DNA of 64,000 nucleotides from the NCBI GenBank assembly GCA_001782805.1, contig MFPT01000002.1, forward strand, positions 133,401 through 197,400, in the 5' to 3' direction. Of this stretch, positions 19,480 through 30,008 are shown piece by piece. The DNA is from Candidatus Magasanikbacteria bacterium RIFCSPHIGHO2_01_FULL_41_23 (GTDB taxonomy: Bacteria > Patescibacteriota > Patescibacteriia > Magasanikbacterales > UBA922). The notes under the pieces were generated by a model. The model was not told where the DNA came from, ran no database searches, and saw nothing but the letters and a program-made list of their open reading frames with translations. The number at the start of each line of letters is the position of its first letter. Position 1 is the stretch's first letter. Position numbers and translations under genes: made by a program.

Positions 19480-19700
19480 CCTCAATGCAACACCAAAACA
19501 TTCACTATACCAATAAGTAAAATGGAGACGAATATACTTTTGCTGAAAGCTGAGTATATTGACTTACTGAGAATGCATAATCCGTTAGACTATCAGTTGA
19601 ACAAAAGGATATCGTCGAATTTTGCTTACGACTTAGGGAAAAGAGGATCGGTGAAGTTTGATTAAGACTTACGAAAAATTGCTTTTCAAATAAAAAAAAT

Positions 19701-21479
19701 ATGAACAAAAAATGGACTGTTCGCGAAACGCCACCGCAAAATTTTTTTGATGAACATCCGGAATTACCGGCAATCGTGTCGACATTATTGTATCATCGCC
19801 AGCTGCGCACGCAAAAAGAAATTGATGAATTTCTTGATCCGGATTATTCGCAAAATGTGCACAGTCCTTTTTTGTTTAAGGACATGGAAAAAGCCGTAAC
19901 GCGAATAATGCGCGCGATTGAAACCAATGAACGCGTTACTGTCCACGGCGATTATGACGCCGATGGCGTGTCATCGGCCGTCATTATGACGGCAATTTTC
20001 CGCGCTCTTAATTATACCAATTTTTCTGTCTTTCTCCCTCACCGTGAAACTGATGGTTATGGTTTGAATCTGAACACGGTAAAATTGCTTGCCGACGAAG
20101 GCACTAAATTAGTTATTACTTGCGATTGCGGTATTAGCAACACGCCCGAAGTGGAACTCGCGAATTCGCTGAATATTGATGTTATTATTACTGATCATCA
20201 TTCCATTCCCGCCATTGTTCCGCCGGCTTATGCGATTATTCATCCCAAACTTCCAAACGAAACGTATCCGGATCAAACATTGTGCGGCGGCGCAGTGGCT
20301 TTTAAATTAACACAAGGAATTTTAGAAACGCACAAACGCACGAATGAACTTTTGCCCAACGGCCAAACACACGATGCGCTGGAAAAATGGCTGTTGGATA
20401 TGGTAGCAATCGCGAGCGTGGCTGACATGGTTCCCCTGCTTGGTGAAACGCGGACGCTGACCAAATACGGTTTGATTGTCTTGAATAAAACGCGTCGGAT
20501 TGGTTTGCAAAAATTATTATTGGAAGCGCGACTCATGGAAAATGACGGTAGTTTAAAACGCGAGATTGACGCGGACACAATTGGCTTTCGGATTGCGCCG
20601 CGCATTAATGCCGCCGGAAGAATGGGTCACGCCAATGTCGCGTATAAATTATTGGTGGCTGAATCCGGCGCAGACGCGATTGATTTGGCGTTTGAATTAA
20701 ATAATAATAATAATGAGCGGCAAAAAAAAACCGAAGAATATGTCAGCGAAGCAACTGGCCAAATAAAAATTGATCCCAGCGCGCCGATTTTATTTGTCAT
20801 CAGTGAAAATTGGGCAACGGGAATTGTGGGTTTGATTGCCAGCCGACTCAAAGAAAAATATTCCAAACCCGTAATCGCGCTGACCTATAATCAAGGGCAA
20901 ATCGTGGGATCGGGCCGCAGTATTGAAGGTTTTAACATGATCGCGAATTTGCAAAGCATGCCGGAATGTTTTATTAAATTCGGCGGACACCCCATGGCCT
21001 GTGGATTTACCCTCAAGACGCTGGAATCAGTAGCGGAATTTAAGGAAAAATTAACCACAAAATTTTTAGAACAAACCAAAAATCTGAACATGACTCCTGT
21101 ATTGAACATTGACGCGGAATTAACATTGGAAGATGTAAAGTGGGAGCTTTACGATGTGCTGGATAAATTCAAACCATTCGGACAAGGCAATCCCAAACCA
21201 CGATACTTGGCTCGCGGCATTACGGTTGTTAATCTGGAAACTATGGGCAAAGACGGCAAACATTTGCGTATTAATGTAAAACACCACACACCGCGCATAC
21301 GCAAAATCATTGGCTGGAATTTGTGCGGTAATGGCAATGGCGGTAATGGCAACGGCGTTAATTGGTCCAAAGAATTAAAAATTGGCGACAAAATTGATAT
21401 CGTATTTGAAGTGGATATAAATGAATGGAACGGCAATCGCGAGTTGCAATTATTAATTGTTGATTTAAAAAAAGTATGA
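19701..21479 (+). CDS. recJ: single-stranded-DNA-specific exonuclease RecJ
   Basis: DHH motifs (VHGDYDADGVSS, ITDHH) and a DHHA1 region; 592 aa. Confidence 0.9.
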   Translation: MNKKWTVRETPPQNFFDEHPELPAIVSTLLYHRQLRTQKEIDEFLDPDYSQNVHSPFLFKDMEKAVTRIMRAIETNERVTVHGDYDADGVSSAVIMTAIFRALNYTNFSVFLPHRETDGYGLNLNTVKLLADEGTKLVITCDCGISNTPEVELANSLNIDVIITDHHSIPAIVPPAYAIIHPKLPNETYPDQTLCGGAVAFKLTQGILETHKRTNELLPNGQTHDALEKWLLDMVAIASVADMVPLLGETRTLTKYGLIVLNKTRRIGLQKLLLEARLMENDGSLKREIDADTIGFRIAPRINAAGRMGHANVAYKLLVAESGADAIDLAFELNNNNNERQKKTEEYVSEATGQIKIDPSAPILFVISENWATGIVGLIASRLKEKYSKPVIALTYNQGQIVGSGRSIEGFNMIANLQSMPECFIKFGGHPMACGFTLKTLESVAEFKEKLTTKFLEQTKNLNMTPVLNIDAELTLEDVKWELYDVLDKFKPFGQGNPKPRYLARGITVVNLETMGKDGKHLRINVKHHTPRIRKIIGWNLCGNGNGGNGNGVNWSKELKIGDKIDIVFEVDINEWNGNRELQLLIVDLKKV

Positions 21480-21901
21480 AAATCACCATTTACACTGACG
21501 GCGGATCGCGCCATAATCCCGGACCAGCCGCGCTCGGCGTTGTCGTTAAAGATGAAACCGGAAAAACGATCGTCAATTACGGAGAATTTTTAGGTAATCA
21601 AACGAATAATTACGCCGAATATATGGCGATAATTTCCGCGCTCAAAAAAGCGCACGAACTTGGCGCCACCGAAGTACATTGTATTGCCGACAGCAAATTG
21701 GTAATAGAGCAGCTTAAAGGAAATTGGAAAGTGAAAGAGCCGACTCTCCAAAAATTATTTATTCTGGCCTGGAACGAACTGCAAAAATTTAAAAAATATT
21801 CTTTGTCACACACTTTGCGCGCGGGAAATAAAGAAGCCGATGCCGAAGTAAATAAAATTTTAGATGCGATTGTTGGAGAAAAGAAAAAATTCCATAATTA
21901 A
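21476..21901 (+). CDS. rnhA: ribonuclease HI
   Basis: IYTDGGSRHNPGPAALG ... NNYAEYMAII ... DSKLV catalytic DEDD pattern; overlaps recJ by 4 nt (ATGA). Confidence 0.85.
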   Translation: MKITIYTDGGSRHNPGPAALGVVVKDETGKTIVNYGEFLGNQTNNYAEYMAIISALKKAHELGATEVHCIADSKLVIEQLKGNWKVKEPTLQKLFILAWNELQKFKKYSLSHTLRAGNKEADAEVNKILDAIVGEKKKFHN

Positions 21902-21919
21902 ATTGGATTTGGCTTTAGC

Positions 21920-23380
21920 TTAGTGTAATATATGCCAGTTATGAAGCAAAGCTTCATGCTTTAGTGCCGGCTTGGGTCGCACGGCAATTTTATATTTTAC
22001 TGATTTTAACATTGGGATGTCTGATGGTGAATCACCGTACGCATAACTCTTTTCTAAATCAATAGTATATTTCTTGGCCAAACGTTTAACTTGAACTGCT
22101 TTTTCTTCCCCAAAACAGAGACGATTGACCAAACCAGTGTAAAGACCATTTTTTTTCTCCAATGAAGTCACCGCAATATCCCGCGCCTTAAAAAACTTTT
22201 GAAATTGTCGAGCAAGCGGCGGAATGACTTCGCTGATCAAAAAAATCTGATGGCCGCGTTCACTATGATCTTTCATCACGACCATTAAATTATGCACTAG
22301 ATCTTTAATGATTTCTGTCTGAAAAAACGGCTCGGCAATTTTGGCAAGTTCAGCTTCCTTCCAACCGGCAGTAAATTGGTAAGCTCTTTTCATCAAAGTT
22401 TCGTGTGGCAACAAACCGATTTTTTCCAAAAACAAATGACCGATGATTTGCCATGTTACCAACGATGAAACTTTTCCATGGCACTGTAAATATTTCAAAA
22501 AGGTTTGTTGCGAATAATATTTGTACAAAGTTCGATCAATATCCACGAATACACCGATACGCTCGGGGTTTTTGTCATACAAGTCAGTTGGAATGGCGCG
22601 ATGAGGCAACATACCATAGAGTCTATCGGCAATTTCTTGTGAATACATTTTGACCGCGTGACGATAGTGTGTTTTTTTTGATAGAGTTGGCAGTTTCATT
22701 TCCGAAGAGACATTAATATAAATCGGACCTGGCCGAAATCGCAATCCACCGGGAAAAATATGATCCATGTTGGTAAGCGCGAGTGGTACAATTGGAATAT
22801 TGGCAGAAATAGCAACACGCGCTGCGCCAGTATGAATATAATGCACTTCTCCGCCCCACTCTACATGACCTTCAGGAAAAATCAACAATGATTTTTTTTC
22901 TTTGGTCGCGTATTGAATCAATTTTTCCAAGGCGACACGCTGTTCATTTGTCCTAGTACAATGAACCGCATCATACGCATCACGAGCCACATCAACAACA
23001 TCCATTTTTAGAAACCAGATATTAAAGGGAAATTTTTGTAATTCGGCCGGAGCTGTTAGCGGGATTAATTCCGGCCCTAAAAAAGAAAAAAATAAAAAGC
23101 CATCTATCATGGTGGGGTGATTGGAAATATATAAACGAACGTGTTCGGTCGGACTGGGAATTTTTCCCGATTGATGAATGCGCAGACCCATGATTTTAAA
23201 AATAGTTTGATTCAAGCCATGAGCCGCAATGCGCCACATTCGGGGACGATCTTCGCGCACAACAAAACGCTCAGTTAATAATAACCAGGGAAGCAGAACA
23301 ATATGGCCACCAATAAATAGTAGCCGTAAAAAAATTCCTAGAATTTTTTGTACGCCAGATTTACCTAACAGGCGAAGCAT
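21920..23380 (-). CDS. fusion protein: lysophospholipid acyltransferase (PlsC-like) N-terminal domain + HAD-IB hydrolase C-terminal domain
   Basis: NHPTMIDG (HX4D-like) and FPEG acyltransferase motifs; then FVDIDRTL (DxDxT) and GDSPSDIPML HAD motifs. Confidence 0.65.
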   Translation of the reverse strand: MLRLLGKSGVQKILGIFLRLLFIGGHIVLLPWLLLTERFVVREDRPRMWRIAAHGLNQTIFKIMGLRIHQSGKIPSPTEHVRLYISNHPTMIDGFLFFSFLGPELIPLTAPAELQKFPFNIWFLKMDVVDVARDAYDAVHCTRTNEQRVALEKLIQYATKEKKSLLIFPEGHVEWGGEVHYIHTGAARVAISANIPIVPLALTNMDHIFPGGLRFRPGPIYINVSSEMKLPTLSKKTHYRHAVKMYSQEIADRLYGMLPHRAIPTDLYDKNPERIGVFVDIDRTLYKYYSQQTFLKYLQCHGKVSSLVTWQIIGHLFLEKIGLLPHETLMKRAYQFTAGWKEAELAKIAEPFFQTEIIKDLVHNLMVVMKDHSERGHQIFLISEVIPPLARQFQKFFKARDIAVTSLEKKNGLYTGLVNRLCFGEEKAVQVKRLAKKYTIDLEKSYAYGDSPSDIPMLKSVKYKIAVRPKPALKHEALLHNWHILH

Positions 23381-23505
23381 AGTGAAAATAAGATGATAGA
23401 ATCATACCATATCATTGACAAATGAGTACAATTTGTATAGATTAGGACTGATTCTTCGCATGGTGCGAGGGATTAATTTGAACATCAGACAAGAGGAGCG
23501 GTGAG

Positions 23506-25278
23506 ATGGAATCTCAAAAAATAACACCAGCTTCTTGGCTGGATGTGTGTGGCAAAAACTGGTATATCTTCAGGGAGTTCCTGAAGATAAGTGGCTACGA
23601 TCCCAGCATGGTCGAGGCCATCATTCAACTAGTTTTGGAAGATCCGGACACAGAGGTGTTGGAGAAAAGCCGTCTTGAAAAAGAGTGGCTCACTCTCCAA
23701 CAATACCAGCTGGTAGAAAATGCGGTCGTCGAAACGACCGGTCATGTTCACCATTTGTTCGAGGCTGGACGATTTTCACACCAAATCCAGTTTGGTGGAT
23801 CGATCGCCTTGGACAAACTGAACCGTTTCTTTTTTCGGCACATCACCGAACCGGGAACCGGTTTTGGGTTCGTACCCAGCGCCACCGAAGGATTCAACGA
23901 AAACAAAACGTTCGAATTCGTGGTGACAGAGCGTGGTCACATGATTATCCGGCTGAAATATTTGCCGGGGCCAAACGGTATCATGAGAAACGCGACCGAG
24001 GACTATCGGTCAGCGATCTATTATATCCCAGGAATTTTCCGGGGTGTCGTAGACACATGGTACAGGAACGAAGAAACAGCCGGAGAGGTGAAGCTCCTGA
24101 GTGTTGACGTTCCTCCGCAAGTGATCATCGCGCGAGAGGCAGAGGAGGCAGGTGTTGACATGATTGTTGACGCCATTGACGAAAGTCAGCCTTATCTGTG
24201 TATCAATGGGATTGTCTATGGCCTCATCGTGGAACACGGTGAGAAAAAAGCAATTCTCATTACTCGCGACGTGGAAACGCCCTGTCGGATCCACGGCACT
24301 CTTCACCCGATTCTTAGGAAAGGTGAAATCTATCGCTGGAAAGAGCCGATCGAAACCGAGTATGACATTCGGTGGAGAAAAAATCGGCTGTTCACACTGT
24401 TCAGTCGAAGTCGGTTTGGCTCAAGTAAGGCGATTAAAGCAGGCTTGTCTGCCGAAGCGAGGATGGCTGACGCAGAAGCACGCCTCGCTGTCGTGAATGC
24501 AAATTCACGGGTGGCGCTGGCAGAATCTGCAGTTTCCGAAGCCAAACTCGAAGCTGCGCAAGCGAGAGCAGAAGCTGCGCAAGCGCGAGCCGATGTCGAA
24601 GCGGCCGGGAAGCGAAAGCTCCGTGCCATCTTCGAACGAGCAGCTCCGAGTCTGGGCGTGGCCGACGCTCTTCTTTCCGGCACTTTCCGTCCCATCAACC
24701 TGAAATCCGTGATTATTCAGTGCGATGTGGTAGGATTTAAGCGACTGTCTCAGTCTTGGGGACCGGTTCAGACAAACCAACGCATGACGCGAATGTTTGA
24801 GCTGATAGAATCCATTGCGCGAAAAAAGGGGTTCTTCCCTTTCAAGCGCATCGGCGACGCCCTCATCATCGCGTACGCTGAGTGGCCGCGGAGAAGCAAT
24901 GAGGCTTCGCCGTACCAGTCATTCGGGGAAGCCGAAGACATGGCGATGGTTCTCACTAAGGAGTTCCACAGATTGGCCAAGGAAGAATTGGCAATCATGT
25001 TCCGAATCGGTGTTGACCTTGGTGAGGTGCTCTGGTGCAACCAGACTACTGACCCAGAGGAAGTCCGGTTCGATGCAACTGGGAATCCTTTAACTGGGGC
25101 TGCGCGAGCTGAAGCCGCGGCAGAACCAGGAAGAACTTCGGTCACTGAGAACTTTGCCAGGTCTCGAGAATTGCGACTTGGTCCAGAAATGAAAAATTCT
25201 GGATTGAGAAGTCGTGGTAGGATTCGAGACAAAAACGGAGATCCTCTGGATGTCCGTGACGTCATCGAGGATAACTAA
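23506..25278 (+). CDS. class III nucleotidyl (adenylate/guanylate) cyclase with an unknown 390-aa N-terminal domain and a coiled-coil linker
   Basis: The C-terminal 190 aa carry CYCc motifs: IQCDVVGFKRLS (metal Asp), KRIGDALIIAY (second Asp), RIGVDLGEVLW, FDATGNPLTGAARAE; preceded by the ARMADAEARLA...AQARAEAAQARADVEAAGKRK coiled coil; gene is about 53% GC. Confidence 0.8.
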   Translation: MESQKITPASWLDVCGKNWYIFREFLKISGYDPSMVEAIIQLVLEDPDTEVLEKSRLEKEWLTLQQYQLVENAVVETTGHVHHLFEAGRFSHQIQFGGSIALDKLNRFFFRHITEPGTGFGFVPSATEGFNENKTFEFVVTERGHMIIRLKYLPGPNGIMRNATEDYRSAIYYIPGIFRGVVDTWYRNEETAGEVKLLSVDVPPQVIIAREAEEAGVDMIVDAIDESQPYLCINGIVYGLIVEHGEKKAILITRDVETPCRIHGTLHPILRKGEIYRWKEPIETEYDIRWRKNRLFTLFSRSRFGSSKAIKAGLSAEARMADAEARLAVVNANSRVALAESAVSEAKLEAAQARAEAAQARADVEAAGKRKLRAIFERAAPSLGVADALLSGTFRPINLKSVIIQCDVVGFKRLSQSWGPVQTNQRMTRMFELIESIARKKGFFPFKRIGDALIIAYAEWPRRSNEASPYQSFGEAEDMAMVLTKEFHRLAKEELAIMFRIGVDLGEVLWCNQTTDPEEVRFDATGNPLTGAARAEAAAEPGRTSVTENFARSRELRLGPEMKNSGLRSRGRIRDKNGDPLDVRDVIEDN

Positions 25279-25423
25279 CCCACCAAGGAGGATCCGGCGC
25301 TGTATTCCCACCCACAGCGCCGCCAATCCCTTAACTTTATAACTCGGTTGTAAAATTAAGAGAAAAAAAATCCACCTCGACAAGCTCGGTGTAAACCCTG
25401 AGCTAAGTCAAGAGTGGATTTTT

Positions 25424-26521
25424 TTATTTTTCATTTTTCAATTCTTCAATTAATTTTTTGGCGGATCGTGATAATTTTTTTGGCACATCAATAATCACTG
25501 TAACAAATTGATCACCGCGCCGACTACCATTAATTTCCGGTACACCAAGATCGCGCAAACGAAATTGCTGTTGCGATTGCGTGCCTTCGGGGATGGCTAA
25601 TTTTTTTTCACCATCCAGTGTTTGGATTACCACCGAGTCTCCGAGCGCAGCTTGAGGAAATGAAATATGTGTTTCGGTAAAAATATTTTGTCCCTCACGA
25701 TGAAAGGCTTTATCCGCGCGCACTCGAACCCGAACATATAAATCTCCGGCCACACCACCAACTCCCGGATGCTCACCTTTCCCCGATAGACGAATGGTTC
25801 CGCCATCATCAATGCCCGCTGGGATTTTAATCGTATATTTGGAATCATTTCGTTCCACTCCCCCGCCATTACAATGTTTACATTTTTTTTCAGCGACATT
25901 GCCGGCACCATGACAATTATCACAAGTCGCCACGCTTTGCATGGCGCCTAAAATAGTTTGTTGCACGCGACGCACTTGGCCTTGCCCTCCGCATACGGCG
26001 CATTTTTTATGTCCGCTTCCCGGTTCAGCACCACTGCCGTTACACACGGCGCAGGCATTGCGTTTGGTTAAATGAATTTCTTTTTCAATTCCAAAAACCG
26101 CTTCGCGAAAATTTAATTCCACATCCACCTGAATGTCTTGACCGCGTTTTTGCCCGCCACGACTATTTCCGCCACCAAAAAAATCTCCGAACAAATCACC
26201 AAATCCTCCACCAAAATCAAATTGCGCGCCATTTTGAAAACCACCTTGCTGGCCACGCGCCGCGCGCATAAAATCTTCCCAGCCAGCGCCACCGCCAAAT
26301 CCGCCCTGCTGTTCAAAATCAGCACCAAATTGATCGTATTGTTTACGTTTTTCTTCATTGCCCAATACCTGAAACGCCTCATTCAGTTCTTTAAATTTAG
26401 CTTCATCGCCGCCTTTCTTGTCCGGATGATGCTGATGCGCTAATTTACGAAAGGCTTTTTTTATTTCTTCCGCGTTGGCGGTTTTTTCCACGCCGATAAT
26501 TTTGTAATAATCTTTGGCCAT
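25424..26521 (-). CDS. dnaJ: chaperone DnaJ
   Basis: J domain with HPD (HQHHPDKK), G/F-rich region, four CxxCxGxG zinc-finger repeats. Confidence 0.95.
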   Translation of the reverse strand: MAKDYYKIIGVEKTANAEEIKKAFRKLAHQHHPDKKGGDEAKFKELNEAFQVLGNEEKRKQYDQFGADFEQQGGFGGGAGWEDFMRAARGQQGGFQNGAQFDFGGGFGDLFGDFFGGGNSRGGQKRGQDIQVDVELNFREAVFGIEKEIHLTKRNACAVCNGSGAEPGSGHKKCAVCGGQGQVRRVQQTILGAMQSVATCDNCHGAGNVAEKKCKHCNGGGVERNDSKYTIKIPAGIDDGGTIRLSGKGEHPGVGGVAGDLYVRVRVRADKAFHREGQNIFTETHISFPQAALGDSVVIQTLDGEKKLAIPEGTQSQQQFRLRDLGVPEINGSRRGDQFVTVIIDVPKKLSRSAKKLIEELKNEK

Positions 26522-26529
26522 AAAAATTA

Positions 26530-27408
26530 TTATTTGTTTAATTTTTTCTGCCCATTTGCCGACAAAAAATTATTATTACTGATGATTGATTTTCCGGTTT
26601 TGCTTTCTAATAATTTCCTGGCACTCTTGGCCACGCCGCCGCCTTTTTTGGCGGCTCGGGCGTTTGGCATATAGCCTTCGGCTTTTTCAGCGTCAGCAAT
26701 TTGATTGGTAGAGAGCTCGGCGAGTGCGGTAAAAATTAATTCAGCCTCAGTCATGTGATCACGCAAATTTTCTCGTTTCAATTTTTTCAGATTTTTATGT
26801 TTGCGCGTGGTCATGCCAGTCCACTCGGAGTGAATCACGTCCGTGAGTTTCGCATATTCAATATCTTCTTTCAAGCCATGCGTTCCCCAATAATCCGTTA
26901 ATTTATTGCGCACTTCTTGCCCGCGCATGCGCTGTTCAATCCATTTTTCTGAATAACCCAACGCTTGCCAATTTTTTCGTGCGCGATTTAAGGAGCGCTC
27001 GGGGTCAACGGTTTCCTGCAAGCGTTCATAACCAACTTTGGCGAGCCAGAGTTTGAAGGGTTCGGCTTTTGGAGAAGGGATTGACTGGATGATGCGGAGA
27101 GCAGTTTCAACATCACTTACATCAGTTTCACGTTTCTTCCCATCCTGAGCCAACAATTTCAACTGGTGACATTTTGTCACCGATTCATTTCCCTCTTTTC
27201 CTAGTCGTTCCTTAAGTTTATTCCAATATTTTCGGGCTGTCTGAAAATCAGGTTGTTCGGTCAATACCCGAACAATATCAACAATACTAAAATACCATTT
27301 TTCCTCTTGCTCGCTCCATATTCGACGCACTGATTGCTGTTCAAATAAGACAATAGATTTTTCGGGAGACAATGCCCCCTCCTTTTTCTTTGGCATGTTT
27401 TTAAGCAT
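26530..27408 (-). CDS. DNA-damage-inducible protein D-like protein (Bro-N domain)
   Basis: N-terminus IVLFEQQSVRRIWSEQEEKWYFSIVDIVRVL...WLAKVGYERLQE follows the DinD/Bro-N pattern; sits between dnaK and dnaJ. Confidence 0.5.
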   Translation of the reverse strand: MLKNMPKKKEGALSPEKSIVLFEQQSVRRIWSEQEEKWYFSIVDIVRVLTEQPDFQTARKYWNKLKERLGKEGNESVTKCHQLKLLAQDGKKRETDVSDVETALRIIQSIPSPKAEPFKLWLAKVGYERLQETVDPERSLNRARKNWQALGYSEKWIEQRMRGQEVRNKLTDYWGTHGLKEDIEYAKLTDVIHSEWTGMTTRKHKNLKKLKRENLRDHMTEAELIFTALAELSTNQIADAEKAEGYMPNARAAKKGGGVAKSARKLLESKTGKSIISNNNFLSANGQKKLNK

Positions 27409-27437
27409 AAAAAAATTTTAAATAAAATTTGACTGGT

Positions 27438-27878
27438 TTATCGAATGGGTTTTTTAAGCAAAGCACGCTCCAAATCATTAATGACTACTTTATCTTCAAA
27501 AATAAAATCAGTTAAATCGAGGGCTTCTTGCGCACTAAACCATTTACCGTACTCACCCTCTCCAATGGTAATCGTATCTTCCCAATTAAGCGGTGGCTGA
27601 AATAAAAAAATAAATTTAATACTTTTTAAAAACTCATAACGGTTAAAGAATGTAACTTCATTAAATTTAATGTCCATATTCAATTCTTCTTTCATCTCTC
27701 GTTGTAAAGAGAATTCGGGAGTTTCATTATTTTCCGCGCCGCCTCCCCAAAAGCCAAAATAATTCGGTAAAGTTTTTTGATCCGGAGATCTTTTTTGCAA
27801 AAAAACTTTAACGGTTCCCTGTTCTAAAATATAGGGAAGTAAAATGGAAATCTGTCTTTTTTCAAATTGCATAATCAA
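27438..27878 (-). CDS. NUDIX hydrolase
   Basis: Nudix box GGGAENNETPEFSLQREMKEELNMDI (GX5EX7REUXEEXGU). Confidence 0.7.
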   Translation of the reverse strand: MIMQFEKRQISILLPYILEQGTVKVFLQKRSPDQKTLPNYFGFWGGGAENNETPEFSLQREMKEELNMDIKFNEVTFFNRYEFLKSIKFIFLFQPPLNWEDTITIGEGEYGKWFSAQEALDLTDFIFEDKVVINDLERALLKKPIR

Positions 27879-27946
27879 TGCCTTATTGGTGTTTAGTAAT
27901 CATCAAACGCAAGACCACGAACATTCGAAGTCTCGGCGTTTAGTGA

Positions 27947-29938
27947 CTATTTCTGTTCATCCACCACTTCCCCCTCAATCGGACCTTCTTCTTTCTTGTC
28001 CTGAGCGTCAGTCGAAGAGTTATCAGCAGAATTTTGACCAGCATCTCCCATTGAGCCGGTCGTGCCATCAAAATTTGGTGGAGCGCCCGCGCCGCCTTTT
28101 TGATCTTGTTGATACATTTTTGTCCCCACGACTTGCGCCACGGTTGACAACTCTTCCGAAGCTTTTTTAATCGCTTCCAAATCTTCGCTATCTTTGAGTC
28201 CTTTCATTTTTTCGAGCGCATCAGCGACTTTTTTCTTTTCATCATCAGTCACCGCAATTTTTTTGGCTTCCACATCTTTCATCATCTTTTCCGTTGTGTA
28301 CACCATAGTTTCGGCCAAATTGCGCGTTTCAATCAGTTCACGCTTTTTGGCGTCCTCTCCCGCGTTGGCCTCCGCTTCTTTTTTCATTTTTTCAATTTCT
28401 TCTTTGGAAAGTCCTGACGACGCTTCAATGCGAATTGATTGTTCCTTATTAGTTGCTTTGTCTTTCGCCGATACACTCAAAATACCATTCGCATCAATGT
28501 CAAATTTAACTTCCACTTGCGGCACGCCGCGCGGCGCCGGAGGAATTCCATCCAAATGAAACGTGCCCAACATTTTATTGTCATTCGCCATTGGACGCTC
28601 TCCTTGTAAAACCTTAATTTCCACGCTCGGCTGATTATCTGCGGCCGTGGAAAATGTTTGTGATTTACTAGAAGGAATAGTGGTATTGCGATCAATTAAT
28701 TTGGTCATCACTCCGCCCATAGTTTCAATCCCCAGTGATAACGGTGTTACATCCAGCAATAAAATTTCTTTGCCCAAATCGCCTTGTAATTGTCCGGCCT
28801 GAATGCCCGCGCCAATGGCCACGACTTCATCTGGATTCACGCTGGCGTTTGGTTTTTTGCCAAAAAATTCTTCCACTTTTTTTTGTACCAAGGGCATGCG
28901 CGTCATACCGCCGACCAAAATAATTTCATCCAATTGACCAGAGGAAAAACCAGAATCTTCCAGCGCTTTCTTGGTAGGAATCATGGTTTTTTCCACTAAA
29001 TCCATTACGAGTTCTTCCAACTTAGCGCGCGATAATTTTAAATTCAAATGTTTCGGACCGTCCGCGCCAGCCGTAATAAATGGTTCATTGATTTCCGTTT
29101 CAACTGTACTGGAAAGTTCAATTTTGGCTTTTTCCGCCGCGTCTTTGACGCGTTGCAATGATAACGCATCTTTACTCAAATCAATCCCTTCATTTTTCTT
29201 AAATTCAGCGATAATCCATTCAATTATCCGCTGGTCAAAATCATCTCCGCCCAAATGCGTATCGCCATTCGTGGCTTTTACTTCCACCGTGGAATGTCCG
29301 CCTTCTTCATCCATGTCATGACCGATTTCCAAAATTGACACGTCAAACGTTCCGCCACCCAAATCATACACCGCGATTTTTTGATCTTTCGCTTTGTTAA
29401 AACCATAAGCAAACGCGGCTGCAGTTGGTTCATTTATAATGCGACGCACTTTCAAACCAGCAATTTCTCCCGCGTCTTTTGTTGCTTGACGCTGCGAATC
29501 ATCAAAATATGCGGGCACGGTAATAACCGCTTCTTCAATTTTTTCGCCCAATTTTGCTTCCGCATCTTCTTTTAATTTGCGCAAAATCATCGCGCTGATT
29601 TCCGGCGGCGTGTATGATTTATCCCCCATTTTTACTTTTGGTCGATCACCATCCGCCACTACCTCAAACGGCGAATGTTTTTGCATATTTGCGACTTCCG
29701 AATCCGAATAGCGACGACCAATCAAACGCTTGACCGAATAAACCGTATTTTTGGGATTCGTCACTGCCTGACGCTTGGCCAATTGCCCCACCAAAATTTC
29801 ACCGGTTTTGCTCATGGCAATGACTGACGGCGTGGTGCGGTGACCTTCTTTATTTTCCAAAATCTTGGGCTGTCCGCCTTCAATAATGGCCATGCAAGAG
29901 TTGGTTGTTCCGAGATCTATTCCGAGAATTTTTGACAT
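27947..29938 (-). CDS. dnaK: chaperone DnaK (Hsp70)
   Basis: [29 protein letters not shown] signatures; 663 aa. Confidence 0.97.
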   Translation of the reverse strand: MSKILGIDLGTTNSCMAIIEGGQPKILENKEGHRTTPSVIAMSKTGEILVGQLAKRQAVTNPKNTVYSVKRLIGRRYSDSEVANMQKHSPFEVVADGDRPKVKMGDKSYTPPEISAMILRKLKEDAEAKLGEKIEEAVITVPAYFDDSQRQATKDAGEIAGLKVRRIINEPTAAAFAYGFNKAKDQKIAVYDLGGGTFDVSILEIGHDMDEEGGHSTVEVKATNGDTHLGGDDFDQRIIEWIIAEFKKNEGIDLSKDALSLQRVKDAAEKAKIELSSTVETEINEPFITAGADGPKHLNLKLSRAKLEELVMDLVEKTMIPTKKALEDSGFSSGQLDEIILVGGMTRMPLVQKKVEEFFGKKPNASVNPDEVVAIGAGIQAGQLQGDLGKEILLLDVTPLSLGIETMGGVMTKLIDRNTTIPSSKSQTFSTAADNQPSVEIKVLQGERPMANDNKMLGTFHLDGIPPAPRGVPQVEVKFDIDANGILSVSAKDKATNKEQSIRIEASSGLSKEEIEKMKKEAEANAGEDAKKRELIETRNLAETMVYTTEKMMKDVEAKKIAVTDDEKKKVADALEKMKGLKDSEDLEAIKKASEELSTVAQVVGTKMYQQDQKGGAGAPPNFDGTTGSMGDAGQNSADNSSTDAQDKKEEGPIEGEVVDEQK

Positions 29939-30008
29939 ATATTGTTTATTTATTGTTAAATAATTAATTGATTAATTTTATAATTTTTTCCATTGTAAAC
30001 TTTTTGCT

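Noticed and set aside
19393-19665. 90-aa ORF in the lepA-recJ gap
   Set aside because: It starts inside the spacer of the 35-bp inverted repeat and reads through the right arm. It has no RBS, and its AT-rich low-complexity product is probably spurious.
21326-21361. GGTAATGGCAAT tandem repeat
   Set aside because: It lies inside recJ and simply encodes a GNGNGGNGNG low-complexity linker; it is not an independent element.
23685-25265. Multiple ORFs overlapping the cyclase gene (23685-24107+, 24010-24306-, 24330-24698-, 24505-24780-, 24768-25265-, 24815-25093+)
   Set aside because: These are alternative-frame and antisense frames of a GC-rich gene. The cyclase frame alone carries recognisable CYCc motifs.
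23506-25278. Pycsar/CBASS-type defence interpretation of the cyclase
   Set aside because: Those systems require an adjacent effector with a cyclic-nucleotide-binding, TIR, TM or nuclease domain. The neighbours here are housekeeping genes (an acyltransferase and dnaJ), so a signalling role is more parsimonious.
25363-25432. Terminator between the cyclase and dnaJ
   Set aside because: tccac...gtgga plus a T-run is present, but the 38-nt loop is too long for a confident simple intrinsic-terminator call without folding software.
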